This document shows positions 10,222-20,847 of a DNA stretch of 64,000 bases, piece after piece. The stretch lies in the NCBI GenBank assembly GCA_964456025.1, contig CAYVZH010000010.1:349-64348 (forward strand), in the 5' to 3' direction. The translations under genes and the position numbers were made by a program. Positions within the stretch are counted from its first letter, which is position 1. Every line of letters starts with the position of its first letter. The stretch is from an uncultured Ruminiclostridium sp. GTDB lineage: Bacteria; Bacillota; Clostridia; Oscillospirales; Ruminococcaceae. The notes beneath the pieces are model-generated. The model saw only the letters and a list, made by a program, of their open reading frames with translations. It ran no database searches and was not told the DNA's origin.

Positions 10222-11106
10222 TTATTGCTTTACGTGAACGTCGAGCTGGTTGTACGGGATCTCGATCCCCTCCTTGATAAATTCGCGGCGGACGCGCTCG
10301 AGCGTATTGAAATAAACGTCCCAGTAATCCTCGGTTTTTACCCACAGACGGACGGTCACCGCCACGCAGCTCTCCTTACAGCTGCTCATGCGGATAAAGG
10401 GCATTTTCCCTTCCTCGCGGAGGATTGCCGCGTCGCCCTCGATCGCGGTTTCGATCGCCCGGATCGCGCGCGTATGATCCTCGTCGTAGGAGATCCCGAA
10501 CTCGAGATCGACCCTTCGGGTCGGAAGCTCGGAATAATTCACGACGACCGCGCTTGCGGCGATCCCGTTCGGGATAAAAATCGCCTTATTATCGGGCGTT
10601 AAAAGCTTTGTGTACAGGATACTGATCCCCTCGACCGTTCCCTCGTCCCCGCCGACGCGGATATAATTCCCGACGCGAAACGGCTTCGCGAACAGGATCA
10701 AAAAGCCGCCCGCGAGATTGGAAAGACTGTTCTGAAGCGCGAGACCGATCGCCACGCCCGCCGTACCGATCACGGTAATGATCGAGGTCATCGGCACGCC
10801 GAGAACGGTCAGCGCGACGGTAACCACAAGCACGTACAAAGCGATCTTCACCGCCGAGCGGATAAACCGGTTCACCGTAAGGTCGAGCCGGGAGCGATCC
10901 ATCGCCTTTCCCATCAGCTTTACCGTAATGCGCGAGGCAATAATCCCGATGATCAGGATCACGACCGCGATCAGAATGGTCGGGACGCTTGAAACAAAGC
11001 GGTTCCAGATATTTTCGAGGAACTGCTCAAAACGGCTCAGGCTTTCCGCCGGCTCGGGAATGGTGAGGAGCTCCGTTTCCTCGGCAAGAAGCAATAAAAA
11101 ATTCAT
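10222..11106 (-). CDS. mscS: Small-conductance mechanosensitive channel (MscS family)
   Basis: AIGLALQNSLSNLAGG, KPFRVGNYI, IFIPNG, IPYNQLDVH; start uncertain (11106 or 11118). Confidence 0.9.
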   Translation of the reverse strand: MNFLLLLAEETELLTIPEPAESLSRFEQFLENIWNRFVSSVPTILIAVVILIIGIIASRITVKLMGKAMDRSRLDLTVNRFIRSAVKIALYVLVVTVALTVLGVPMTSIITVIGTAGVAIGLALQNSLSNLAGGFLILFAKPFRVGNYIRVGGDEGTVEGISILYTKLLTPDNKAIFIPNGIAASAVVVNYSELPTRRVDLEFGISYDEDHTRAIRAIETAIEGDAAILREEGKMPFIRMSSCKESCVAVTVRLWVKTEDYWDVYFNTLERVRREFIKEGIEIPYNQLDVHVKQ

Positions 11107-11166
11107 ATTTATGACCATTCCTTTCTTTCCTTTGGGTGCAGTTCTGCGAAAACCGCAGTCCTGCAA

Positions 11167-11856
11167 TTAAAAAATCAACTCATAAAGCACCGGAACAAGC
11201 AGCGCGGGCAGCAGGTTCCCCGTTTTAAACTTTTTCCCGAACGCGAGGTTCACGCCGACGCAGAAGATCAGCGACGAGCCGACGAACGAGAGATTCGCGA
11301 TCAGCCGCTCGCTCATCAGCGGCTCAAGCAGCTTCGCGAACAGGGTCAGAGCCCCCTGATACACAAACAGCGGGGCGGCGGAAAACAAGACCCCCAGTCC
11401 GAGCGTCGAGGCGAACACCATCACGATCACAAGGTCGAGGATCGCCTTCGCCGCGAGGATCGAATAATCCCCCCGAAGCCCGTCTTCCAGCGCGCCGAGT
11501 ACTGCCATCGCTCCGACGCAGATCACAAGCGAGCTTGTCACAAAGCCCTCGACAAAAGTGCTGTCGTTTTCGCGCTTGGTCTTCCGCTTGATCCATTCGC
11601 CGAGCGCGTCGAGCCGATCCTCGATCCGAAGCGCCTCTCCCGCGAGCGCGCCGAGGACGAGCGAGAAGATCAGGAGCAGGGTCGCGTTTTCCTCCGCCGA
11701 AAATCCGCTGATCGTCCCCGAAGCCCCGATAAACATCGTCGAAACGCCGAGCGCCGACATCAGAATTTCGCGAAAGCGCGGCTTGATCCCCTTTTTGAGC
11801 AGCATTCCGAGCAGTGCGCCCGCAATGACCGCCGCCGTGTTGATGAGTGTTCCCAT
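11167..11856 (-). CDS. DUF554 family membrane protein
   Basis: MGTLINTAAVIAG, FVTSSLVICVGAMAVLGAL, KAILD, NLLPAL pattern. Confidence 0.85.
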   Translation of the reverse strand: MGTLINTAAVIAGALLGMLLKKGIKPRFREILMSALGVSTMFIGASGTISGFSAEENATLLLIFSLVLGALAGEALRIEDRLDALGEWIKRKTKRENDSTFVEGFVTSSLVICVGAMAVLGALEDGLRGDYSILAAKAILDLVIVMVFASTLGLGVLFSAAPLFVYQGALTLFAKLLEPLMSERLIANLSFVGSSLIFCVGVNLAFGKKFKTGNLLPALLVPVLYELIF

Positions 11857-11900
11857 GACCGTTCCACCTATTATATGTATGATACTGATTTTTGATAAGC

Positions 11901-11932
11901 TTTACGGCGGGAACACCGGTTCCCGCCGTAAA
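11901..11932 (-). terminator. Intrinsic terminator downstream of gdhA
   Basis: Perfect stem TTTACGGCGGGAAC/GTTCCCGCCGTAAA. Confidence 0.7.
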
Positions 11933-11958
11933 CGCCGTTTTCTTGAATGATACGTGAA

Positions 11959-13335
<1,377 letters not shown>

Positions 13336-13580
13336 TTAACGGTCTGCCTTTTTTCTTCGCCCTCCGGCGCCGTTGTCGGGAGAGCGCTGTTTTCTTACTT
13401 TACTATTTTACCACATTCTTCCGAATTTTGCAATATTTTTTTTAAAAAATTTCGTTTTTATTTTTGGGGCAGGACTGCCGCTTCGGGCGTTCTTGTGAAA
13501 TAAGGAGAAATTTGACAAAACAGCGCTTTTCGTGTTATATTGATACCAACGAAAAGAACCGTTCTGGAAAGGAGCTTCCT

Positions 13581-14588
13581 ATGGCATTCGGATCTTTGGT
13601 CTTTGCGGGAATCGTATTGCTCGTGCTGTTCCTCGGCTTTTTATTCCTCGTCGGTTTGATCCTTTTGATCGTCGGGATCGTCCGGAAGAGAAAACCGAAA
13701 AACGCGGGGAAAAAATCGCCGGTCGTCTGCATCGTTTCGGGCGCGGTTTGTCTGCTCGCGCCGATCGGTACGGCGATTTGCCTTGTAATCAGTCTCGTCG
13801 TTTCCCTTTTCTCCGGTCGCTTTGGAGGTTCGGATTTCCGGAACGTCACCGAGGGTTGGCGAAAGGGCGGATACGTTTCGGATACGAAGGCGAAGTGGGA
13901 AGCGATCAACGGGCTTCTGACCGCCGCCGACGCGGGCGACCGCGATTCGTTTGAACGAATGTTTACGCCGCGGCTTCAAAAGAAAGGGAATTTCCGGGAA
14001 GCGATCGACGCTTTTTTTGAGTCCTATCCGAACGGGCTGTCTCTTTGCGAGCTGGACGGCGGGTACGGTATGACCACGGGGTGGCAGGTAGAAACGGCAA
14101 GCACCTCGTACACCTGTTTTCTCGACGGGGAATGGTATTATATGGGGCTTGAGATCTGTTTCAGAAATCCGGAGTCTCCCGACGACGTCGGCGTGACGTT
14201 TTTCTGTATCGAAAATCTCGAGGCATACGCGCTTGACCGCGATTACGGCAAGGACGAATTTGTCGCCTGTGAGATCAAGAACGAAAGCGAGGTGACCGCG
14301 CGTCTGATCAACAGGAGGGGATATCTGTTTACCCCGACGCCCGACCGCTCGATCACGGTCGAGCAAATGAAGAGCTATCTGGAAAAATACGATGATCTCG
14401 ACGATTTAGCCGCGCGGATCGGAAAGCCGAATGCTTCTAAACAATACAGCAACAGCAGAGGCGCCGATTATTGCTACGAGCTTGTCCCCGAAAACGGCGA
14501 GCCTAGATACGCGTGTATCGACGCGGATTATATTGGAGGGGAAAATTATTGGTATCATATCTGTTCGGACGTCGAAAAGCTGGATTGA
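13581..14588 (+). CDS. Hypothetical membrane-anchored protein (two N-terminal TM helices, DUF5104-like ectodomain possible)
   Basis: AAGGAG RBS before ATG 13581; two hydrophobic segments, then a soluble domain. TTGACA..TATATT promoter at 13512-13541. Confidence 0.6.
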   Translation: MAFGSLVFAGIVLLVLFLGFLFLVGLILLIVGIVRKRKPKNAGKKSPVVCIVSGAVCLLAPIGTAICLVISLVVSLFSGRFGGSDFRNVTEGWRKGGYVSDTKAKWEAINGLLTAADAGDRDSFERMFTPRLQKKGNFREAIDAFFESYPNGLSLCELDGGYGMTTGWQVETASTSYTCFLDGEWYYMGLEICFRNPESPDDVGVTFFCIENLEAYALDRDYGKDEFVACEIKNESEVTARLINRRGYLFTPTPDRSITVEQMKSYLEKYDDLDDLAARIGKPNASKQYSNSRGADYCYELVPENGEPRYACIDADYIGGENYWYHICSDVEKLD

Positions 14589-14675
14589 TACTCGCAATGA
14601 AAACCGCAGACAAGACCCCGTGAACAATTTTTCAGCAGCAATTCGGGCATTTTCCCGATCGGAAAGGACGATCTT

Positions 14676-15605
14676 ATGAAAAAAATGATTCCCCTGCTCC
14701 TCTCGGCATTTTTATGTTTTTCTGTTTTCACCGTTTTCGCAAGCGCGGAGTACGCGGAGGACGAGATGATCCGAAGCTGGCATATCTGTAATTCGGTAGA
14801 AACGGCTTATTGGCATGGAATTCTGACAACCGCTGTTTTGAAGACCGCCACGGTAAAGGATCAGACGGTCGCGGTCGGCAGAAACGAATCGCTGATCGTT
14901 CCGAAAAATGTGACCTTAGTCTTAAAGCGCGGCGCCCGGATCGACGGAACGGTCTATATCCATAAAGGCGGAAAGCTTCGGATCACGGATGGGAATCTTT
15001 CCGTTTCCCCTTCGGGCGCGGTGATCTCGGACGGGACTCTTTCGATCGGGAAAAAGGCGGAATTTACTGTTGAAAACGGCGGGGAGGTCTTTATCGGAAA
15101 AACGGGAAGGTTCATTCTTACGAGCGAGGAAAACCTGCGATTCGCGGATATGGCGACCGTTGTCTGCGTCGGGAAAACAAACGCGAAAAACGAAAAGATC
15201 GGAAAAAATCTGATCGCCGTTTATGTAACAAAAAACGGAGAAACGACCCTGTCGGAAGACCCCGAAGCGGAGCTTCCGAATGCGGAAATGTACGATTTGG
15301 ATTTTTATATTTCAGACCCGTCAACGATCAATTATTTTTTCGATAACGGGGTATGCTTCAGAGCGATCAGAGACCCTTGGTATGACTATATCGGAAAGGT
15401 TCGTATCTGTACGGCAGTCGGCTATACCTTTGATTATCTGTTGGAGAAAAATCGGGACTTAAATCCCCCGGGCGTAGGCACGCATTATTGCGAGGTGGAG
15501 ATCGTCGAGATCGACGGAGAGGACTGCTGGCTGGGAGACGACGGTTATGAACCCGTCCCCATTCTGCCCGTTTCGTCCGAGCTTGTCGATCCGTATGCCG
15601 CCTAA
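14676..15605 (+). CDS. Hypothetical secreted protein
   Basis: Signal peptide MKKMIPLLLS..ASA; Gly/Val-rich beta-strand repeats; followed by a terminator. Confidence 0.65.
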   Translation: MKKMIPLLLSAFLCFSVFTVFASAEYAEDEMIRSWHICNSVETAYWHGILTTAVLKTATVKDQTVAVGRNESLIVPKNVTLVLKRGARIDGTVYIHKGGKLRITDGNLSVSPSGAVISDGTLSIGKKAEFTVENGGEVFIGKTGRFILTSEENLRFADMATVVCVGKTNAKNEKIGKNLIAVYVTKNGETTLSEDPEAELPNAEMYDLDFYISDPSTINYFFDNGVCFRAIRDPWYDYIGKVRICTAVGYTFDYLLEKNRDLNPPGVGTHYCEVEIVEIDGEDCWLGDDGYEPVPILPVSSELVDPYAA

Positions 15606-15634
15606 ACCAAAATCTTCCATAATATAAGAAATTG

Positions 15635-15668
15635 CCCCCGAAGTCCGTAAGACTTCGGGGCCTTTCTT
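15635..15668 (+). terminator. Intrinsic terminator
   Basis: CCCCGAAGTC/GACTTCGGGG stem plus T-rich tail. Confidence 0.7.
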
Positions 15669-15819
15669 CTGCAATAAATGAAAAGCAAATTCTCCCCATT
15701 TCTGTGGAATCCGCCGATTTTAACCGCCGCGCCGCCAAAAAAGCCCGAAAGCTCTTGACGTACCCTCTTTTTTCATGTATTATTAAGATGTATGCCATAC
15801 TTACTAAAGGAGCATTTTC

Positions 15820-16470
15820 ATGTCTTCTGTTAAAATTGCCGCTTCCGTGCTGAATTCCGACCTTTCCGCGCTCGGAAAAACGGCGGAGCGGATCGCCGAA
15901 AGCGGGATCGAATACCTGCATTTCGACGTCATGGACGGCGAATTCGTCGAAAATATCACCTACGGGAGCGCCGTGCAGGCTTGTATCGGGAAAAGCTGCC
16001 CCGTCGCGATCGATACCCATTTAATGGTACAACACCCCGCGCGGCAGATCCCGCTTTTCGCGGCGGCGGGCTCGAAGATCATTACTTTTCACCTCGAAAG
16101 CGAGGGAGAACCCGCCGAGCTGATCGAAATGATCCGTTCCCGCGGGATCCGCGCGGGAGCCGCCCTCAAGCCGAATACCCCCGCCGAAGCGGTCTTCCCC
16201 TATCTGACCCGGCTCGATCTCGTGCTGGTCATGACGGTCGAGCCGGGCTACGGCGGACAGGGCTTTCTCCCCGAAATGCTCGGGAAGATCCAAGCGATCC
16301 GGGAGGAGGCAGACCGCCTCGGGAAAGAGCTCGACATCGAGGTGGACGGCGGGATCAACGAGAGAACCGCCCCCCTCGTGCGGGAGGCGGGCGCGAACCT
16401 CCTCGTCGCGGGAACGTATCTGTTCCGCGCGGATTCCCTTCGCGCGGCGGCGGATCGGCTCCGCGGATAG
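15820..16470 (+). CDS. rpe: Ribulose-phosphate 3-epimerase
   Basis: LHFDVMDGEFVENIT, DTHLMV, VMTVEPGYGGQ, IEVDGGIN. Confidence 0.96.
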   Translation: MSSVKIAASVLNSDLSALGKTAERIAESGIEYLHFDVMDGEFVENITYGSAVQACIGKSCPVAIDTHLMVQHPARQIPLFAAAGSKIITFHLESEGEPAELIEMIRSRGIRAGAALKPNTPAEAVFPYLTRLDLVLVMTVEPGYGGQGFLPEMLGKIQAIREEADRLGKELDIEVDGGINERTAPLVREAGANLLVAGTYLFRADSLRAAADRLRG

Positions 16471-16482
16471 TGTCAACAAGCT

Positions 16483-17058
16483 CTAAAACAGCCCCCCGAT
16501 CTTTTCCGCGGCGCTTTCCCCGCAGATCAGCCGGCCCCGTTCCGCCGCCGCGCGGATCCCGAGGTCGTCGGTAACGGTTTCTCCGTATTCGCCGATCAGG
16601 TGCTTCGCCGCCTCGGTCTCGCGCCGATCCCCCGAAAGGATCAGGCGGTAGCTTCCGTCCTCATAGGCGTAGACCCTTGTTTCGGCATTCCCGCAAAAGC
16701 GACAGAGCCCTGCGCAAAGGCGCACCAGAAGCGAAAAGCTCTCTACCCGTCCCATGACCTCGTACCGCGTATCGGGCGCTTCGCTGATCTCCCTTCCGGG
16801 GACGGTCTCTCCGATATTCGCCCCGAGGCTCGACACATACAGGATACAGCCGCCGTCCGCGCGGGGGAACGCCTCGAGAAAGAGCCGCTCCGCCTTATAG
16901 CCCGAAAAAAGCTTCATGCGCTTTAACAGGCGCGCAAGTCCCCGCTTTGTTTCGGCCGTCCTCGCGCAGAGCGTTTCGGCGCAGAGGGAATATTCCCGAA
17001 GCTCTTCTTCCGAAAGCGTGATTTTTACCGTGTTCCGGCTCAGTGAATCGTACCTCAT
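16483..17058 (-). CDS. MecA-like ClpC adaptor protein
   Basis: True start MRYDSLSRNTVKITLSEEEL after a GAGGAGG RBS; LFLEAFPRADGGCILYVS and LIGEYGE resemble MecA N- and C-domains. Confidence 0.7.
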   Translation of the reverse strand: MRYDSLSRNTVKITLSEEELREYSLCAETLCARTAETKRGLARLLKRMKLFSGYKAERLFLEAFPRADGGCILYVSSLGANIGETVPGREISEAPDTRYEVMGRVESFSLLVRLCAGLCRFCGNAETRVYAYEDGSYRLILSGDRRETEAAKHLIGEYGETVTDDLGIRAAAERGRLICGESAAEKIGGLF

Positions 17059-17223
17059 AAAAACCTCCTCTTCCCGTCTCCGGAAAACCGGAGAACGGGG
17101 AAAGCTATCATAAAAACAAAGGAAAATAGTTTGAAAAATCTGCGATTTTTCAAACCCGTCGTTTGTGCCTCGGCAAATCCTCTCGGCGCAAACTTCCTCC
17201 ATAGGAATGGAGTGATCATAATT

Positions 17224-18483
17224 ATGTCCGAATCGAAAAACGAGCTGCTCGACAAGTTCGACAGCAATACTCATGCGCCCGTTATCGCACCGAAGCGGAC
17301 GAGAAAGCAGAAATCCGTCTACGCGGATCAACTTCTCTGCCTGCTCCCCCTGCTCGGGCTCGGGATCTGGAGAAGCGGGGCGCGCGCGCTTGTGATCGCC
17401 GCGGTTTCCGTCCTCGTCTGTATGCTTTCCGACCTTCTCTTCTGCCGCATGACGAAAAAGACCTATAACCCGAAGGATCTTTCGACCTTCGCGTCGGGGC
17501 TTTGCATCGCGCTGATGATGCCCGCTTCGGTAGGCTATGGGATCGTCGTCTGCGGCGCGTGTCTCGCGATGGGGATCAAGCATATTTTCGGCGGAAAGGA
17601 TAATTACATCTTTAACCCGACCGCCGCCGCGATTGCCTTTCTCATTATCTGCTTCCCGCAGGAAATGCTGCTCTATCCTGCGAACGGCGTCCGCCCCGAT
17701 GTTTTCGCGGGGGCGGATACGACCGCGCTTGTGTCCGGAATCGAAAGCTATCTCATGAAGATCGGAACGGCGCCTACCGTTTCATTCCGCGATCTTCTGA
17801 TCGGGAATTACGTCGGGCCGCTCGGTACGACGCAGTTCCTTGTTCTCGCGGTCTGCGGCGTGTGCCTGATCGCGCGGCGCTCGGCGTCGCTTCTTGTGAC
17901 GGTTTCGGGGCTTGGCTCTTACTGCGCGCTGACCGCGCTGTTCCCGATTTATAACAGTATCGGGGACACCGTCCTGCTTGAGCTTACCGGCGGGTATCTC
18001 CTTTTCGGCTTTATCTTCCTCGCGAGCGACCCGCAGACGCTCCCGAAAACCGCCGCCGCGAAGATCCCTTACGGGATCCTGATCGGGGTGCTCGGCTGTC
18101 TGTTCCGCCATTTCGGAAAGGTCGAAGGCTCGTTCCTGTTCGTGCTCCTGATCGCGAACGCGCTTTCGCTGAATCTCGATACGCTCTGTGCCTCTGCACT
18201 TCTGAAGCTTAAAAACGCTGCCGCCTATCTGCTCCGGAACATGGGGCGGTACGAAAAGCTCCGCGAAACGGCGGGAGACGATTCCGCCCGAAAGCACCTT
18301 TCCGATACGATGGAAATTATTGTTCCACCGACAAACTATAATATGCCGCCCATCGACGGGAAAGTTACGAAAATTAAGCGCAGAAAATCGAACCCCCTGG
18401 CGCGTCTGGTCAGCTTATGCAGAATCCGGCTGAAAAAAGAGCTGAGTGTGCGGAAAAGCAGGAAAAACGGCGAACGAAAGTAA
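17224..18483 (+). CDS. RnfD/NqrB-like membrane protein (degenerate)
   Basis: GLCIALMMP, KHIFGGKDNYIFNP, IGNYVGPLG, FIFLASDPQTLP; the FMN-attachment (S/T)GAT motif is absent. Confidence 0.8.
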   Translation: MSESKNELLDKFDSNTHAPVIAPKRTRKQKSVYADQLLCLLPLLGLGIWRSGARALVIAAVSVLVCMLSDLLFCRMTKKTYNPKDLSTFASGLCIALMMPASVGYGIVVCGACLAMGIKHIFGGKDNYIFNPTAAAIAFLIICFPQEMLLYPANGVRPDVFAGADTTALVSGIESYLMKIGTAPTVSFRDLLIGNYVGPLGTTQFLVLAVCGVCLIARRSASLLVTVSGLGSYCALTALFPIYNSIGDTVLLELTGGYLLFGFIFLASDPQTLPKTAAAKIPYGILIGVLGCLFRHFGKVEGSFLFVLLIANALSLNLDTLCASALLKLKNAAAYLLRNMGRYEKLRETAGDDSARKHLSDTMEIIVPPTNYNMPPIDGKVTKIKRRKSNPLARLVSLCRIRLKKELSVRKSRKNGERK

Positions 18484-18495
18484 AGGATAGAACCA

Positions 18496-19431
18496 ATGGA
18501 AAAGAAAATCAGCCTGAAGGACGGGCTTTTTAAACAGAATATCGTTTTCATGAGCGGGCTTCTGACCGCTCCCGTGATCGCCTGTACGACGACGCTCCCG
18601 AAAAGCCTCGCGGTCTGCCTGGTTTTTTCGCTCGTTTCGTTCTTAACGATCACGGTCTGCCGCGCCGTTCCGCGGAAGATCGCCTATACCCTGCGCGTGA
18701 TCCTGTATTCGTTCGCGGCTTCGGCGTTTTATATCCCCGTTTACTTTTTTACGCTCGCCCTGTTCGGAAAGGCGGTCGTCGGCTCGGCGGGCGTTTATCT
18801 CCCGATCCTTGTCACGAACGGACTGATCCTCTCCAAGACCGAGACACGCTTTTACGGCGAGCCGATTCCCGATATGATCCTCGATACGGCGGTGTTTATC
18901 CTCGGCTTCGACGGGGCGTGTATCCTCGTCGGCGCACTTCGGGAAATTCTTTCGGCGGGGACGCTCGGGGGGAACTATCTCCCGCTCCCGTTTACGATCC
19001 CGGCGCTTGAAACGACCTTCGGCGGATTCCTTTTTGTGGGAATCCTCGCGGGGCTTTTCCGGGGAATCTACAATCACCGGAAGGCGCAGCTTCTCGCGCC
19101 CGAACCGGAGGACGGCGAGGAATCCCTCGCGGAATACGCCGAGGATATGGGCGAATTCCTCGCCGGAGGACTTACGGGGCGGAAGACGGACGCGGATAAG
19201 CCCGAGAAGATCAGGATCTATCACTCCGGAAAAAAGAAAAAACGTCCGCCCGCGAACCTGCTTGAGGTGGAATTTAAGGATAACAGCTCCGTTGTAGAAG
19301 AATTTGCCGCGATCGTCGCGGGGGCGGCAGAGCTTGAGGCAGCGGCGGACTCGGAAGGGGAGAACCCTGCACCGCAAGAAGAAACGGAAGAACAAGCGGA
19401 AAACAGCGAAAGGGAGGGCGAGGACAAATGA
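18496..19431 (+). CDS. RnfE/NqrD-like membrane protein (degenerate) with acidic C-terminal tail
   Basis: GLFKQNIVF, LPILVTNGLIL, ILVGALREILSAG; conserved Cys residues are replaced. Confidence 0.8.
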   Translation: MEKKISLKDGLFKQNIVFMSGLLTAPVIACTTTLPKSLAVCLVFSLVSFLTITVCRAVPRKIAYTLRVILYSFAASAFYIPVYFFTLALFGKAVVGSAGVYLPILVTNGLILSKTETRFYGEPIPDMILDTAVFILGFDGACILVGALREILSAGTLGGNYLPLPFTIPALETTFGGFLFVGILAGLFRGIYNHRKAQLLAPEPEDGEESLAEYAEDMGEFLAGGLTGRKTDADKPEKIRIYHSGKKKKRPPANLLEVEFKDNSSVVEEFAAIVAGAAELEAAADSEGENPAPQEETEEQAENSEREGEDK

Positions 19432-20024
19432 ACGTATTTTTAAGCTTCGTATCCGCCGCGCTCCTCGCGGTCTTTGTCCAGAACTCGGTTCTGGAGCGCG
19501 CTCTCGGCGTCAACGTCCTTTTATACGCCTCGCGGAAAAAGGAACACCTCCCCGGCTTCTTCTTCGCGATCACCTATGTCACGACGATCTCCTCCGCGAT
19601 CGTCTGCGGGCTTGACAGGCTTCTGAGCGGGTGGGAATATTACGCCGCCGTTATGCCGATTCTATATATAACGGTCGTAAGCATGGTCTATATCCTGACG
19701 CTCGTGGTGATCTGGTGGTTTTTCCCCCGTCTCTTCCGCTCGCTCAAAAAATACGTTCATCTTTCGGTTTTCAACTGCTCGGTCATCGGCGCGCTCTTTC
19801 TGGGCGGACAGCTCGGCGGCGATCTCCCCTCCTATCTCGGCTACGGCTTCGGGACGGGGGTCGGCTTTCTCGTCGCGGCGTATCTTCTCTATATCGCGCG
19901 CGACCGCCTTTACTCGCCGCTTGTGCCCGCGGCGTTCCGCGGATTTCCGATCATGACGGTCTATGTCGGGATCCTTTCCCTCGCACTGTACGCGTTTACG
20001 GGGTATTCGACGGCGGCGAGGTGA
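19428..20024 (+). CDS. RnfA/NqrE-like membrane protein (degenerate)
   Basis: FVQNSVLERALG, FNCSVIG, GTGVGF, AAFRGFPI..VGILSLA; overlaps the upstream stop (ATGA). Confidence 0.8.
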   Translation: MNVFLSFVSAALLAVFVQNSVLERALGVNVLLYASRKKEHLPGFFFAITYVTTISSAIVCGLDRLLSGWEYYAAVMPILYITVVSMVYILTLVVIWWFFPRLFRSLKKYVHLSVFNCSVIGALFLGGQLGGDLPSYLGYGFGTGVGFLVAAYLLYIARDRLYSPLVPAAFRGFPIMTVYVGILSLALYAFTGYSTAAR

Positions 20025-20028
20025 CCAA

Positions 20029-20128
20029 TACTATTTCACTTCCAATGTGTAGACAAAAATTCTGCACAAAATCCATTTATCCAAGATTTTGTTTGAATTT
20101 TTGTACACATTTAGGTCGTGAAATAGTC
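20029..20128 (-). mobile_element. Family A palindromic MITE-like element (reverse orientation)
   Basis: TACTATTTCAC..GTGAAATAGT termini; the interior is the reverse complement of 1890-1990; begins 5 bp after the rnfA-like stop. Confidence 0.7.
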
Positions 20129-20261
20129 AACTTCCTTTTGCGAAACGAAAACTTTTTTGCAGGGTATTTTCGTTCCCTTTCTCTATGCTTCTTCGTTTTA
20201 AATAAGGTTTGTGCATTTTTTGTTCCTTTGGCTGACCAAAGGAACCGAAAGTTCACCTCGG

Positions 20262-20335
20262 CAAAAGCTTTGCTTGCGCCGCGTCCGTGCGGCGCCTTGG
20301 GCTTTTGCCTGCAAGCCTCCTGCTTGCCCTCTGCG
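20262..20335 (-). repeat. Family B sub-module (reverse)
   Basis: Reverse complement CAGGAGG..CCCAAGGCGCCGCACGGACGCGGCGCAA matches 3345-3400 and 63560-63615. Confidence 0.65.
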
Positions 20336-20732
20336 CTGTTCTCAACCCGTTTGTACAAAGAAGAAAGGTAAGAGAAAAGAACAAGGCTCGTTTCTTTTTA
20401 AATCCTATCTTAATTTCTCCAAGCTTCCCCCATTGTACAATCAAGTTTGAACTGTGCAGTCCTCAATTGTACTGCACAAAGACACAGAACACCCCCCTTG
20501 CAGTCAATCAAGAGCGACGGAGGTATTCGGTTCCGGCAGAGATCGGTAAAAAATAACAGGAAATTGCCGCTGTACGGATTTTCTTCCCCGGGTTTATTAT
20601 AACTCCTCTCGGCGCTTACTCTGACCGCTTTTTTCGTCCCGCAAGTTTAAAAGATGAAAAAAGAGTTGAGGAGAAGCGACGAGAGGCGACTTTCCGCCGC
20701 TTTGGTCGGTCAAAGCGGCAAAAATAAACAAG

Positions 20733-20815
20733 CTTTCGCTTCCTTTCGCCGCCGAAAGGAGGCAGGGGTGTGGGGACGGCGTCCCCACAATAAAATAATT
20801 TTTCTCTTATTATCT
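20733..20815 (+). repeat. Family B arm (solo)
   Basis: TTTCGCTTCCTTTCG..CGAAAGGAGGCAGGGGTGTGGGGACGGCGTCCCCAC plus T-rich tail. Confidence 0.65.
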
Positions 20816-20847
20816 CTCTTATTTCCCACAAAAAGAAGGTGAATCCC

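Noticed and set aside
17059-17583. N-terminal extension of ORF 16483..17583
   Set aside because: It overlaps the RnfD-like gene on the opposite strand; a strong RBS supports the start at 17058.
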